From contig JAQTYF010000001.1 of NCBI GenBank assembly GCA_028688415.1, positions 336,627-400,626 on the forward strand: DNA of 64,000 nucleotides, given 5' to 3'. Origin of the DNA: Candidatus Moraniibacteriota bacterium (GTDB lineage Bacteria > Patescibacteriota > Minisyncoccia > Moranbacterales > UBA1568). The notes under the pieces are model-generated. The model worked only from the letters and a program-made list of their open reading frames with translations, was not told where the DNA came from and made no database searches. Positions 29,650 to 40,058 of this stretch are shown piece after piece; position 1 is the stretch's first letter, and the number at the start of each line of letters is the position of its first letter. Made by a program: the position numbers and the translations under genes.

Positions 29650-30090
29650 TTACCAAAAGGTCTGCTTTCCGTGAGAGAAATACGAAGCACTTTGTTCAAA
29701 TGCCGTACGGAAATCATTGGCAGTGGCACGACACAAGTATTTACACGCCACTCGTACGGGTCGCGTGCTCTTCTGCATCGTCACACTCGTTCGACTATTC
29801 AAAAGGCTAAAAAGAATCACTTCAGAGGGTATATCAAAAGGCAAAGGATCGAGAGATGACCACTCATCTTGCTTTTCATTCTGTCTCTTTTCTCCTGTAA
29901 AATGTTCGGGTATTTCATACACCCAAACATCTACGATCAACTCTTCGCGAGGTTTTACAGATGGCAATCCTGCTATCTCCCCCATATGCCACTTTTTGTC
30001 CATTGAGTTCTTGCCTATTTGCAAGAGAAAACACACTTTTTCCCCTATTTTCCAAACAGGGGGTGCCTTATGTTTAGAAAACAAACCCAT
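29650..30090 (-). CDS. Hypothetical protein
   Basis: 146-aa ORF filling the recJ-rnhA gap, co-oriented, with a GGAGG-like RBS upstream; no motif recognised. Confidence 0.5.
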   Translation of the reverse strand: MGLFSKHKAPPVWKIGEKVCFLLQIGKNSMDKKWHMGEIAGLPSVKPREELIVDVWVYEIPEHFTGEKRQNEKQDEWSSLDPLPFDIPSEVILFSLLNSRTSVTMQKSTRPVRVACKYLCRATANDFRTAFEQSASYFSHGKQTFW

Positions 30091-30131
30091 TCAAGCCTCC
30101 AGTCTATAAATAAAAAGAACTTTGCTTCTGT

Positions 30132-31847
30132 TTACACATCTTTACGGTGCATATCGAGAAGTTTCAATTGAATAGCTGTAGAACCATTCCAAGTATTTTC
30201 GCTTATTTGAAACAAAATGTCAAGAATCTCACCTTTCTGTAAGTCGGGAAATGCCGTGCCAAGAGAAAATGCGATAGCGTCAAAACTCTTGGCACCACCC
30301 TCCGAATCAATCAGACGCAACTTGAGGTGCTTCTCTCCATTCCCGACAAAACGGACATCTTGAATCATCATATTCTCCAACACAAAAACTGGTTCTGGAT
30401 TTCCTTCTCCAAAGGGAGCAAAGAGTTTCAGGTCTCGACAAAGCGCTGACGTGATATGTTCTGGACGGAGTTTCATATCTGCCCAAGTTTCGGGTTCTGT
30501 CACGACATCCGCCAAGACGGACGTGGCAAGAGCATCAAATTTTTCATAGAATGCGTCGATATTCTTATTCTCTATGGTCATCCCAGCTGCTTGTGCGTGG
30601 CCACCAAATTTTTTCAAAAGGTCACCACACTGTTCGATGATTTCTATCACATTGAGTTCTGGTATGCTCCGGAAAGACCCACGACTTTCTGTCTCTCCGC
30701 GCGTGAGCACACATGTCGGTTTGTGGAACTCGTGAGCGATACGTCCTGCTACGAGACCAATAATACCAAAAGGAAATCCTTCGTCTATAGCGAAAATAAA
30801 TTTTCTCTTCTGATATTTTTCAAGAGCAATCGTTCTCACCTGATCCGTCGTCGTCGCACTGATTTTCTGACGAGCGACATTCCACGCATCGAGTTCGAGT
30901 GCCAATACTCTCGCGTGTGCACGATCTTTTTCGATAAGAAGGTTGTGGGCGAGCATCGCATGAGCCATACGTGAAGCAGCGTTGATTCGTGGAGCAATCT
31001 GAAATCCGATGGTATGCGCATCTGGTATGTTGTTTTCATCAATTTTTATTCTTCCGACGGAAAACATTTCTTCGAGACCAACACGACGCGTTTTTGAGAG
31101 AACAATGAGCCCATACTTCACAATGGCTCGGTTCTCCTCCACCAGAGGCATAACGTCAGCGACGGTTCCGATCGCTACCACATCGAGAATCCATTTCAAT
31201 TGGTCGACTTGATCCGGGAGATATCTCTGAAATAATGCCTGGGCTATTTTGAAACTCGTACCTGCTCCGCACAATTCTCGAAAAGGATATTTCTCGTTCG
31301 CAATTTTTGGATTGATGATGGCGTATGCTTCTGGCAATATCTCTGGTACATGATGATGATCGACGACAATAGTAGATATACCTCGTTTTTTCGCTTCTGC
31401 AATCGCTTCATGATTTGTCATTCCGCAATCCAGTGTCAATATGAGTTTCACACCTTTACTCTCGAAGAAATCCACTGCAAGAATGTTGAATCCGTGCCCT
31501 TCGTTCATTTTTTCTGGAATATAGACTTCGAGGGAAACCTCGAGCGCGGTAAGTGCTTCGCGTATAATAACCGAAGAAGTCACGCCATCGGCATCAAAAT
31601 CTCCGAAGATACCTATCGTTTCCTTGTTTTTCTTCGCCTGTCCGATACGAGTGACGACGCGATCCATTTGCAAAAACAAAAAAGGATCATGGATATCACG
31701 ATCAAAATTGGGAAAAAGAAAACGTTGACGAGATTGTTCGTCGATATATCCTCGAGCAGTGAGCAATGTATCAATCACTGGATGATATGTCCCTTCCGGA
31801 ATACCCGAAGGAGCTTCTGTATTTACCCTGTATTTCCAAACAGTCAT
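30132..31847 (-). CDS. recJ: ssDNA exonuclease RecJ
   Basis: GDFDADG, DCG, DHH, GTVADVM, PRINA, GGHAQAAG, PFGEGNPEP. Confidence 0.96.
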   Translation of the reverse strand: MTVWKYRVNTEAPSGIPEGTYHPVIDTLLTARGYIDEQSRQRFLFPNFDRDIHDPFLFLQMDRVVTRIGQAKKNKETIGIFGDFDADGVTSSVIIREALTALEVSLEVYIPEKMNEGHGFNILAVDFFESKGVKLILTLDCGMTNHEAIAEAKKRGISTIVVDHHHVPEILPEAYAIINPKIANEKYPFRELCGAGTSFKIAQALFQRYLPDQVDQLKWILDVVAIGTVADVMPLVEENRAIVKYGLIVLSKTRRVGLEEMFSVGRIKIDENNIPDAHTIGFQIAPRINAASRMAHAMLAHNLLIEKDRAHARVLALELDAWNVARQKISATTTDQVRTIALEKYQKRKFIFAIDEGFPFGIIGLVAGRIAHEFHKPTCVLTRGETESRGSFRSIPELNVIEIIEQCGDLLKKFGGHAQAAGMTIENKNIDAFYEKFDALATSVLADVVTEPETWADMKLRPEHITSALCRDLKLFAPFGEGNPEPVFVLENMMIQDVRFVGNGEKHLKLRLIDSEGGAKSFDAIAFSLGTAFPDLQKGEILDILFQISENTWNGSTAIQLKLLDMHRKDV

Positions 31848-31935
31848 AAGAAAAAGTAAATGAAAGGGAGACAAAAAAACCTCTCTCACGAAAAATCTCT
31901 AGAGAACACTCATAAAATAGGCTGGAAAGAATACG

Positions 31936-32493
31936 CTAAACACAGGTAATTTCAGCTTCGAAAAGATTGGGATTATCTTTTCGAGATCGTAATTTGAGAA
32001 CGGTACGGCCAGTTTCTTTGTTTTCCTTGAAACAGACAAAATCCGTATTCAAATGAAAATCTTTGGCGAATCGGGCAGCATCAAAAGCAAAACTATCGAC
32101 AGCAAGGACATAATCGCTCCGTACAAAATGCGCATTGATGAGCATGATCATATCATTCGGCGATGTCATATTTTGAATCAAGAAGTATTGCACACCGAGT
32201 TCTTTTGCTCGTCGTTCATCTTCTTCGCGACCCAAATGGGAGAAAAACATAATCGGTATTTGGTTCGTCGATACATTCTTCTTCAATGCTTCGACAAACT
32301 GAAATCCATCCATACGAGGCATGATAATACCCGTGACAATAATATCCGGAATGTTTTTATTCACTTGTTCCAATCCATCCAGACCATCATTAGATTCTAC
32401 AACATCAAAATTCGCATTACGCATCGTCTCTGCATACAGACTTCTGGTTTCGACATCATCATCGACGATAAGCACTTTCAATGTTTTCTCCAT
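31936..32493 (-). CDS. Receiver-domain protein, atypical (lacks the phosphoacceptor Asp)
   Basis: VLIVDDD...PDIIVTGIIMPRMDG; REC fold with G at the conserved Asp position. Confidence 0.85.
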   Translation of the reverse strand: MEKTLKVLIVDDDVETRSLYAETMRNANFDVVESNDGLDGLEQVNKNIPDIIVTGIIMPRMDGFQFVEALKKNVSTNQIPIMFFSHLGREEDERRAKELGVQYFLIQNMTSPNDMIMLINAHFVRSDYVLAVDSFAFDAARFAKDFHLNTDFVCFKENKETGRTVLKLRSRKDNPNLFEAEITCV

Positions 32494-32556
32494 AAAACGT
32501 ATTATAAATAATCACGTTTGTAGTATACAGGAAAGAAGCTCTTTTTCAAAGAACAG

Positions 32557-33645
32557 CTAATCAATTTTTCCCAGCTTTTCAATGAGCGATTTTTGTTCAC
32601 GAGAAATATGTTTCGGCACAAAAAGAGTGATTGTCACCAGGTGATCTCCTCGTCCGAAATGACCCAGATGGGGCACACCCTTTCCTCGAATACGGAATAC
32701 TTCACCCGGTTGTGTTCCTGCGGGAATCTTCATTGTCATATCCCCATCAATCGTCATCACACTGACCTTGTCTCCGAGCACAGCCTGTGTAAAGGTAATC
32801 GTTAGTTCAGAAACGATATCATCGCCGTTTCGTTTCAACGTCTTATGCGGACGGATATGCACATTGACAAACAAATCTCCAGAAGGAGCACCGTCTTCAC
32901 CTGCTGCTCCTTGTCCGCTAAGCGATACCGTCTGTTCATCATGGATACCGGCTGGTATTTCTATATCGATTTCATCCTCACGATTCATCCGTCCAGCGCC
33001 GTTACAATGGTGACATTTTTCCTTGTACATCTTGCCTCGCCCACGACAACGCTCACAAATTGCTGCCTGTGCAAAAGTACCAAAAACTGTCTGAACGGTA
33101 CGACGCACTTGCCCGCTTCCATGACAATCAGAGCATTGTTCTTCCTTGGAGTGTGGCTCTCCTCCTGTACCAAAACACACCTCGCAACGTGACATCTTGC
33201 GTAATCGAACTGTTTTTTTCACACCTTGCACCATTTCCTCAAATGAAATTTCGATATCGACAACGATATCAGAACCGCTCCGAGTTCTTCCTCCATGTGA
33301 ACGTCCTCCACCTCCTCCGAATATATCTGAAAAAATATCTTCGAAACCTGTACCGGAAAAATCGAAGCCAGAACCTCCACCCTGTTGTGAAAATCCTCCA
33401 AATCCCTGTCCACCACCCGATGAACCTTGGCTATGAAAATCCTGACCTGTCTGATCATACCGAGCGCGTTTTTCTTTGTCGGAAAGTACCTGATAAGCCT
33501 CATTGATTTCCTTGAACTTCTTCTCATCACCACCGCTCTTGTCCGGGTGATGTTGATGTGCGAGTTTTCGAAAAGCCTTCTTGATTTCATCGGAAGATGC
33601 ATTTTTTGGTACTCCCAATGTCACATAATAATCTGCCATATTCAT
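32557..33645 (-). CDS. dnaJ: Chaperone DnaJ
   Basis: J domain with HPD, G/F-rich region, four CxxCxGxG repeats. Confidence 0.97.
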   Translation of the reverse strand: MNMADYYVTLGVPKNASSDEIKKAFRKLAHQHHPDKSGGDEKKFKEINEAYQVLSDKEKRARYDQTGQDFHSQGSSGGGQGFGGFSQQGGGSGFDFSGTGFEDIFSDIFGGGGGRSHGGRTRSGSDIVVDIEISFEEMVQGVKKTVRLRKMSRCEVCFGTGGEPHSKEEQCSDCHGSGQVRRTVQTVFGTFAQAAICERCRGRGKMYKEKCHHCNGAGRMNREDEIDIEIPAGIHDEQTVSLSGQGAAGEDGAPSGDLFVNVHIRPHKTLKRNGDDIVSELTITFTQAVLGDKVSVMTIDGDMTMKIPAGTQPGEVFRIRGKGVPHLGHFGRGDHLVTITLFVPKHISREQKSLIEKLGKID

Positions 33646-33729
33646 TCTTTTATTTCCTTATAAAAACACTTTACGCTTCATTGCTTACTCTTTTTTCTTC
33701 GTATTTCATTCTAGCGTACAATGAAAAAA

Positions 33730-33756
33730 TTGGCAATCCTCTCTGGTGAGTGCCAA
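33730..33756. promoter_or_regulatory. CIRCE element (HrcA operator) upstream of dnaJ
   Basis: TTGGCAATC-N9-GAGTGCCAA versus consensus TTAGCACTC-N9-GAGTGCTAA; about 85 bp upstream of dnaJ. Confidence 0.85.
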
Positions 33757-33774
33757 TATTACACTCTTCATTCG

Positions 33775-34821
33775 TTATTCTACCAATCTTTGTTGTTCTA
33801 CTGTTACTGTTTCGAGAGTCAAAAATCGCGCCATAAGTATCAGCCAAAAAATGAATTGGGCGAGGAATACACAGAGCGGATTCAGAACTGACGCAAGAGA
33901 AAGAAGCGTGATGAAGAGGAGTAATGTAATGAAAAATGGGATGGCCTGAGAAGGTATATGCTGTACGGTTTGTTCACCCTGAAGAAATGATGTCAGCTTA
34001 TTTTGAACAATAAGAGACAGTATATCAGCAATCTTTTCAGAACCATCCACTGGACGACCGACAAACGAAGCGATTTGTGTACGACCTTCTTCAAGAAAAA
34101 GTTGTCGTGCTATAGCTGGCGAGATTTCAAGTGGCAAACCGACAGGTACTGGCATCATACGATCGGAAGTATTTTGTAGCGAAAATACTTTTTGAGATGA
34201 TATATCTGATCCAACAATCTGTTGTTGTTTTTCAAGATTCAAAAGAAATTCATCTACTGTTACGTTTTCTTTTGTCAGTTGTGCAAAACTCGGATTGATA
34301 GTTCCTGCTATTTTGAAAATACTACTCGTCATTCCTTGACTGATCCGAAAACGCGGTATGAGATCTTCCCACACTGTCTCCTTCAAAGATGAATAGTACC
34401 CTGTCGAAAACAACAGTGCTATACCCAAGAAAAAAAGCATCGAACCAGACTTTACAGAGCGAAAGAAATGGAAACGTGTGCGTTCCTTCCCTTCTGCAAA
34501 AATGTTGGCACTACTCCGAAGAAAAATGAGAGATACTCCTACGCTCACAATGATATACTCCCATCCAAGGAAAAAGAAAATACCTGGAAGTATGATCAGC
34601 GCCGTAGCGATGAGACGTAAAGCGGTTTGTTTCCAGAGAACAGATCCGATAAAAAAACAGATTGCAAGCAATACCAAAAATAAAAGAGGCTGAGCAAGAG
34701 AAGATCCTTTCTCGAAAGAAATAACGACGACAAGCGTCCGCCACAAAAAAACAGACCATACCCCTATCAAAAAGAGGAGGAAAAGGCCAATCGTATCTCG
34801 CTTGGTGAGTGTAGAAAACAT
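33775..34821 (-). CDS. Hypothetical multi-pass membrane protein
   Basis: 348 aa; N-terminal TM bundle, soluble loop, C-terminal TM. Confidence 0.75.
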   Translation of the reverse strand: MFSTLTKRDTIGLFLLFLIGVWSVFLWRTLVVVISFEKGSSLAQPLLFLVLLAICFFIGSVLWKQTALRLIATALIILPGIFFFLGWEYIIVSVGVSLIFLRSSANIFAEGKERTRFHFFRSVKSGSMLFFLGIALLFSTGYYSSLKETVWEDLIPRFRISQGMTSSIFKIAGTINPSFAQLTKENVTVDEFLLNLEKQQQIVGSDISSQKVFSLQNTSDRMMPVPVGLPLEISPAIARQLFLEEGRTQIASFVGRPVDGSEKIADILSLIVQNKLTSFLQGEQTVQHIPSQAIPFFITLLLFITLLSLASVLNPLCVFLAQFIFWLILMARFLTLETVTVEQQRLVE

Positions 34822-34836
34822 ATGTATTCTCTCTTG

Positions 34837-35793
34837 TTACTGTACTCGATAATACTCCCTGTACCAATCAACAAAATTTTTCACTCCTTGCTTCACTTGT
34901 GTTGCTGGTTTCCAACCGAGTTTACGAAGTTTTTTGATGTCAGCCACTGTCGAAGCCATATCGCCTGGTTGCATCGGCATCATATTCTTCTTCGCTTCTT
35001 TTCCAGTATATTTTTCGACGGTAGCAATATAATCCATAAGAGCCACTTCATGATCCCCTCCGATATTCATCACTCCACATGGTAGATCGGCATCGAGAAC
35101 AGTAATCACTCCAGAAACAATATCATCGATGTATGTGAAATTGCGTTTCATTTTTCCAAAATTATACACGTCTATCGTCTTTCCACAGATGATATTTTCA
35201 ATAAACTTGAACACTCCCATATCGGGACGTCCCCATGGACCATACACCGTAAAGAATCGGAGTCCAGTCGTCTTCAGTCCGTGAATGTGACTGAAACAAT
35301 GCGCGAGGAGCTCAGTCGCTTTCTTGGTCGCGGCATACGGAGAGATCGGGGTATCAGTCATATCACTCTCAGAAAATGGTGGTTTGTTCAGACCATAAAT
35401 AGAAGATGATGAGGCATAGACAAAATTCTGAATCTTGTATCTCACAGCAATATCGAGAAGATTGGTCGTGCCGACAATATTCACATCAACATAGAGAAGT
35501 GGGTGCTCGATGGCATAACGTACACCAGCCATCGCTGCGAGGTGAATGATTTTATCTGGTTTCTCTTTTTTGAAAACTCGTTCCAGAAATTTCGTATCAC
35601 GGATATCGCCCTTATGCACAGTGAACCCATGCTTACACTCTTTGAGAAAAATTTTGATACGATCACGTTTCAGTTTTGGATCGTAGTAATCATTGAAATT
35701 GTCAATAATCACAACAGTATCTCCGCGTTCTACGAGTTTCTTTGTCAGAGCCGAACCGATAAAACCAGCGCCTCCTGTTATGAGTATTTTCAT
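34837..35793 (-). CDS. NAD-dependent epimerase (UDP-glucuronate 4-epimerase-like)
   Basis: TGGAGFIG, HLAAMAGVR, YAATK, RFFTVYGPWGRPDM. Confidence 0.93.
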   Translation of the reverse strand: MKILITGGAGFIGSALTKKLVERGDTVVIIDNFNDYYDPKLKRDRIKIFLKECKHGFTVHKGDIRDTKFLERVFKKEKPDKIIHLAAMAGVRYAIEHPLLYVDVNIVGTTNLLDIAVRYKIQNFVYASSSSIYGLNKPPFSESDMTDTPISPYAATKKATELLAHCFSHIHGLKTTGLRFFTVYGPWGRPDMGVFKFIENIICGKTIDVYNFGKMKRNFTYIDDIVSGVITVLDADLPCGVMNIGGDHEVALMDYIATVEKYTGKEAKKNMMPMQPGDMASTVADIKKLRKLGWKPATQVKQGVKNFVDWYREYYRVQ

Positions 35794-36971
35794 ATTTTTT
35801 TCGTTATTTTACTTCTTAAATAGTGATAATATTCTGATTCCAAATCCTTCCGTACAGTATAACGTTTCAAAACTGTTTGTCGAGCCCGTGTTCCGATTGT
35901 TTCACGTTCTTCTTTGTTTTCGATCAATCGTTCCAGTTTCTCCTGCCATTCCGCTTCAGTGGCCGCGACATATCCATCTCCCCCATCAGTGATCGCTTCT
36001 CGGAAGGGCTCTGTCGCAGATGCTACTGTCGGTACAGCGACAATACCTGCCTCAAACCATTTCAATTCTGATTTTGATTCACAAAAAGGATTGCCCATTT
36101 GGAGAGGAGCAAGATTGATATCGATACGAGCGATGTTTCTCAAATGCTCATTCCGTGGCGCAAAAGAAATCCGCTCTATCTGAGAAGAAAATGGATGAAG
36201 AATATTGTCCGTATCGAGCGGACCAGCGAGCACGAGCCTCACCTGTGGATAAGCAGTCAGAATACGGACTAGTACCGGAGTAATAACCGCAAAATCTTTG
36301 TTATGGCTCGGCGTACCAGAGAAATATGCGATACGGACAAGGTCATCTTCTCGTTTTTTCTCATGTATTATTTTCTCTACATCAGAAATATCTTTCTGTG
36401 AGAGTTTGTTTTTCACAACAAAAACTTGTTTCCCTTTTTCACGAAGTTTCTTGGCGAGATATTCTGTCGATGTCGTACACACTCGCACATACGGATCGGC
36501 GAGAATCTCTCCTCCGACACCATTTTCATAGAGTTTCTTTTCAAAACTATTCATCTTCTGAAAATAATCCATATGTTTCAAAAACTCCTTGTCGTAGACG
36601 AGGTCATCTGTTTCAAAAATGATTTCTTTTTTTTGTACTTTTATCTTTTCTATCAATCGAGCCACGCTCGGCGTGTAGAGTACTCGGTGAAAAACAAAGA
36701 CAGAAAATTGATCTGCATACGAAACAAGAAACGGATTATCCTGTACCGTCACCGAAGAACGAAATCCTTGAAAAGAAAGTTCCTCCGCAATATGTTGCGT
36801 CCGGTACCTCGCGCTATCCCCCACTCCACCGGTGATGAACAGAATATCTCCTGGACGAACGCGACCAAAAAGTGCCAGAAAGGATGTCGTGATACGTCGT
36901 CCGCCACGTATGAGTCCATCGCGCTTGAGTGTCTGCCACGCTTTCCCTATTTTGATCAAAAGAAGTTTCAT
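35790..36971 (-). CDS. Glycosyltransferase (GT-B/GT4-like)
   Basis: FETDDL, INLAPL..NPFCESKSELKWFEAG. Confidence 0.85.
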   Translation of the reverse strand: MKLLLIKIGKAWQTLKRDGLIRGGRRITTSFLALFGRVRPGDILFITGGVGDSARYRTQHIAEELSFQGFRSSVTVQDNPFLVSYADQFSVFVFHRVLYTPSVARLIEKIKVQKKEIIFETDDLVYDKEFLKHMDYFQKMNSFEKKLYENGVGGEILADPYVRVCTTSTEYLAKKLREKGKQVFVVKNKLSQKDISDVEKIIHEKKREDDLVRIAYFSGTPSHNKDFAVITPVLVRILTAYPQVRLVLAGPLDTDNILHPFSSQIERISFAPRNEHLRNIARIDINLAPLQMGNPFCESKSELKWFEAGIVAVPTVASATEPFREAITDGGDGYVAATEAEWQEKLERLIENKEERETIGTRARQTVLKRYTVRKDLESEYYHYLRSKITKKI

Positions 36972-36983
36972 AAAAAATACATG

Positions 36984-38162
36984 TTAGACAATTTCTTGAT
37001 ACATTTTTTCGAGTTTCTCGGCAGACACTTCCCAACCGAATCGTTCTGCTCGTGCACGATTCGATGCGCCTTTCTCTTTTCGTAATGATTCAGAGGAAAG
37101 AAGTGTACCGAGAGCTTCTGCAAGACTTTCTTTTGTCACCTCGCGCGCATAGACACCACCATCTGCCAAATACTGACGATTATTTTCTGTGTCAAAACAG
37201 ACAATCGGTAAGCCCGCTCCCATATACTGCAACATTTTTCCACTTGCTTGGTTGGTACTCGATTCTTTGGGATCGACACCGATATCACTTAAATGAAGAA
37301 TTTTTGCCAAATCAAAATACGGTAATGGACTGATGACCGTCACATGTTCCTGGAAACTCTGCTCCTGCATATAAGAAGCTATCTGATCAACAGGAAAGCC
37401 AGCGATAACGAAATGAACCTGGGACTGTGTTTTACATACGAGTGGAATAGCCTCAAGAAGAAGCTTGATGCCCTTGTTCGGGATAAGTGCTCCCGTATAC
37501 GTCACTATCACTTTGTTCTGTGGTATATGAAATATCTCTCTCAAAGAAGCACTTTCTGGTAACCGATCAAACATCGAGAGTCTCACGCCATCGAGAAGCA
37601 ATTCTGCTTGATGCATTCGAGGTATTTCGTTGATACGCTTGACATTGTCCCACGAGCTGGCTACCGTCCGATCCCCCAACCCATCAATAGAGTGTTCGAT
37701 CATTCGGAAAATTTTCTGCAATCCCATCGCTTTCAAATAACTGTGTGAAACCATTTCGTTCGTCAGACTTCCGTGAAAATCTGCTACCAATTTCAATTTT
37801 CTCCAAAAAAGAAATTTTTTCACGAGAGCACCAATCAATACTCCTTCATGCAGATGGCCATGAATGATATCTGGTCTCCATGTGCGAGCCAAATAAAATG
37901 TCTTGCGAAGCAACATCAAATCAAGGAGCAGTTTCTGCCAATCTGGTCCTGCTTCCAATTTTTTGTACCAAAAAAGAAGTCGTCTGATACGCCTGATATC
38001 GATATGACTTTCGAGACTCTTCGGAATATCCTGTCCGATATGATAGGTAGCAATCATCACTGTATGCCCTCGTTTTTCGAGAGCAAGCGCTTCTTCGAGA
38101 ATACGAATGTGAGTACCACGATCAGAGAAAAATGGCGTTGGAGCAATAACAAGGATTTTCAT
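36984..38162 (-). CDS. Glycosyltransferase family 4
   Basis: GT-B motifs YTGAL..NKG and KMLQYMGAGLPIV. Confidence 0.9.
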   Translation of the reverse strand: MKILVIAPTPFFSDRGTHIRILEEALALEKRGHTVMIATYHIGQDIPKSLESHIDIRRIRRLLFWYKKLEAGPDWQKLLLDLMLLRKTFYLARTWRPDIIHGHLHEGVLIGALVKKFLFWRKLKLVADFHGSLTNEMVSHSYLKAMGLQKIFRMIEHSIDGLGDRTVASSWDNVKRINEIPRMHQAELLLDGVRLSMFDRLPESASLREIFHIPQNKVIVTYTGALIPNKGIKLLLEAIPLVCKTQSQVHFVIAGFPVDQIASYMQEQSFQEHVTVISPLPYFDLAKILHLSDIGVDPKESSTNQASGKMLQYMGAGLPIVCFDTENNRQYLADGGVYAREVTKESLAEALGTLLSSESLRKEKGASNRARAERFGWEVSAEKLEKMYQEIV

Positions 38163-38254
38163 ACAAATACAAACAAAGAATCAACGTTCTTATACTCTAT
38201 TGTAGACATATTCAAAATGCTTTGCAAATAGCGTTCTTGTTGTATACTATATAT

Positions 38255-40057
38255 ATGATGAAATTTCTTCCTTCTCCTAAAAAATCAGACAATCTCGTAA
38301 TACTGTTCGGGCTTTGTTTTATCGTGTTTGGCTGGCTTGCACTCACCCTTACTTTGGGAAACATATTCTTTCCCTGGGCTCTCGCCTGTGGTGCATTTAC
38401 TCTTTTTTCTCTCGCACTTTTTGTGGGAATAAAACTCCTCTCTCGATCATCGATTGATTTCAGAATCGCTTTCTTTCTTTCATTGTGCATTGCTTTTCTT
38501 ATTGGTCTGTATACTGTCCCGACACTTTTCTCTGGACGTGATCAGGGATCTATTAGTGAAGCCGCTTATCGTCTGACGCAAAATGGTCAACTCACTTTTT
38601 CTACTGACGCAAGCAGAGCCTTCTTCGCCCTTCATGAAAAAGGAACTGCCCTCAATTTTCCTGGATTCGCCTACACAGAAACAGGCGAACTCATCACACA
38701 GTTCCCTCTTGCCTACACCTCTTGGCTCGCTTCTTTCGTATCCCTCTTCGGTATGTCTGGTTTCGCTCTTGCCAACAGCATTCTCTTTTTCCTTTCTCTT
38801 CTGATACTGTATGCTCTTTTGCGAATTTTTGTACATCCGTTTTATGCATTTTCTGGGCTTATTCTCATGATAGGATCATTTCTTCCTCTCTGGTTCGCTC
38901 GAGTAACACTCAGTGAAAATCTCGCTCTTTTCCTTTTCCTTTTCCTCACTTTCAGTCTCATTCTTTTTCTTCGAGAAGGAAAATTTATTTCTTACGTAGG
39001 GGTGTTGTTTGCTGGTGGATTATTTGCTTTCACTCGAATAGAGGGATTTGCTTTTCTTTTCTTTACCCTCGCAATACTTTTTTGTAGCAAATATGCTCGA
39101 CACATCTGGATAACGTACCCTTGGAAAAGCATTCTTCTTCCTGGTCTTTTTTTCGCGATTATTCTCTGGCGAGACCTCATCGTTAATCTTCCTTACTATA
39201 GAATAATTGGAAAAGCTCTCGTAAAGTTTCTCCGCCAATTCACCGATGGACATATCGTAAATACTCTCGCTCCAGTGAGCGCTCCAGTCGTTCTCGAATC
39301 CGTCTTTTTTTGGTACGGACTTCTTATACTCTTCCTCCTTGGATTATTTTCACTCATTCTTCTTATCAAAAAAAGATATTTCCTTATTCTCTTACCGACG
39401 CTGATCGCTTTCCCTACGTTCATCTATCTTATTGATCCTAATATTTCTTCTGATCATCCTTGGATGCTTCGTCGATATCTCTTTTCTGTTTTTCCTACAC
39501 TCCTTTTCTCTGCGATTGTCGGACTCGCTCTCCTCTTTGCCAAAAAAGAGCAATTCCCTCTCGAAAGACCCCATGGGAAACGACTCTTTTTTGTCAGCAT
39601 TATTCTGATCGGACTCTTCACGTTACAATATCCCGCTTGGAGTCACAGTTTGTTCTTTGCAGAAAATCGAGGACTCCTCGAACAAACAATGACATTCAGT
39701 CAACAATTCTCAGGTACCGATCTTGTATTGATCGATCGTGGTGTGACTGGCGATGGATTTTCGATGATTACTGGACCAGCTCAATATTTGTCAGGAAAAA
39801 ATATGGTATACTTCTTCAATCCTTACGACCTTACCTTGCTTGATACGACGCTCTTTTCACACATTTATCTCCTCACGCCTGACGATACCCTTTCCCGTTA
39901 TCGAGACGTTTTTGGTGAGCGTATGACATTCCTTCATCCAGTAATTTTCTCGACAGAGAAATTTCAATCAAACATCTCGAAGAACAGTTTTTCTTCTTTT
40001 GGATTACCCGAGAAAAGTCTCATCGAAACTCATAATTCACTCTTTCAGATTTACTAG
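38255..40057 (+). CDS. Polytopic membrane protein, possible GT-C glycosyltransferase
   Basis: Many TMs; GRDQG loop after the early TMs, LSENL, TRIEG; adjacent to a glycosyltransferase cluster. Confidence 0.6.
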   Translation: MMKFLPSPKKSDNLVILFGLCFIVFGWLALTLTLGNIFFPWALACGAFTLFSLALFVGIKLLSRSSIDFRIAFFLSLCIAFLIGLYTVPTLFSGRDQGSISEAAYRLTQNGQLTFSTDASRAFFALHEKGTALNFPGFAYTETGELITQFPLAYTSWLASFVSLFGMSGFALANSILFFLSLLILYALLRIFVHPFYAFSGLILMIGSFLPLWFARVTLSENLALFLFLFLTFSLILFLREGKFISYVGVLFAGGLFAFTRIEGFAFLFFTLAILFCSKYARHIWITYPWKSILLPGLFFAIILWRDLIVNLPYYRIIGKALVKFLRQFTDGHIVNTLAPVSAPVVLESVFFWYGLLILFLLGLFSLILLIKKRYFLILLPTLIAFPTFIYLIDPNISSDHPWMLRRYLFSVFPTLLFSAIVGLALLFAKKEQFPLERPHGKRLFFVSIILIGLFTLQYPAWSHSLFFAENRGLLEQTMTFSQQFSGTDLVLIDRGVTGDGFSMITGPAQYLSGKNMVYFFNPYDLTLLDTTLFSHIYLLTPDDTLSRYRDVFGERMTFLHPVIFSTEKFQSNISKNSFSSFGLPEKSLIETHNSLFQIY

Positions 40058-40058
40058 T

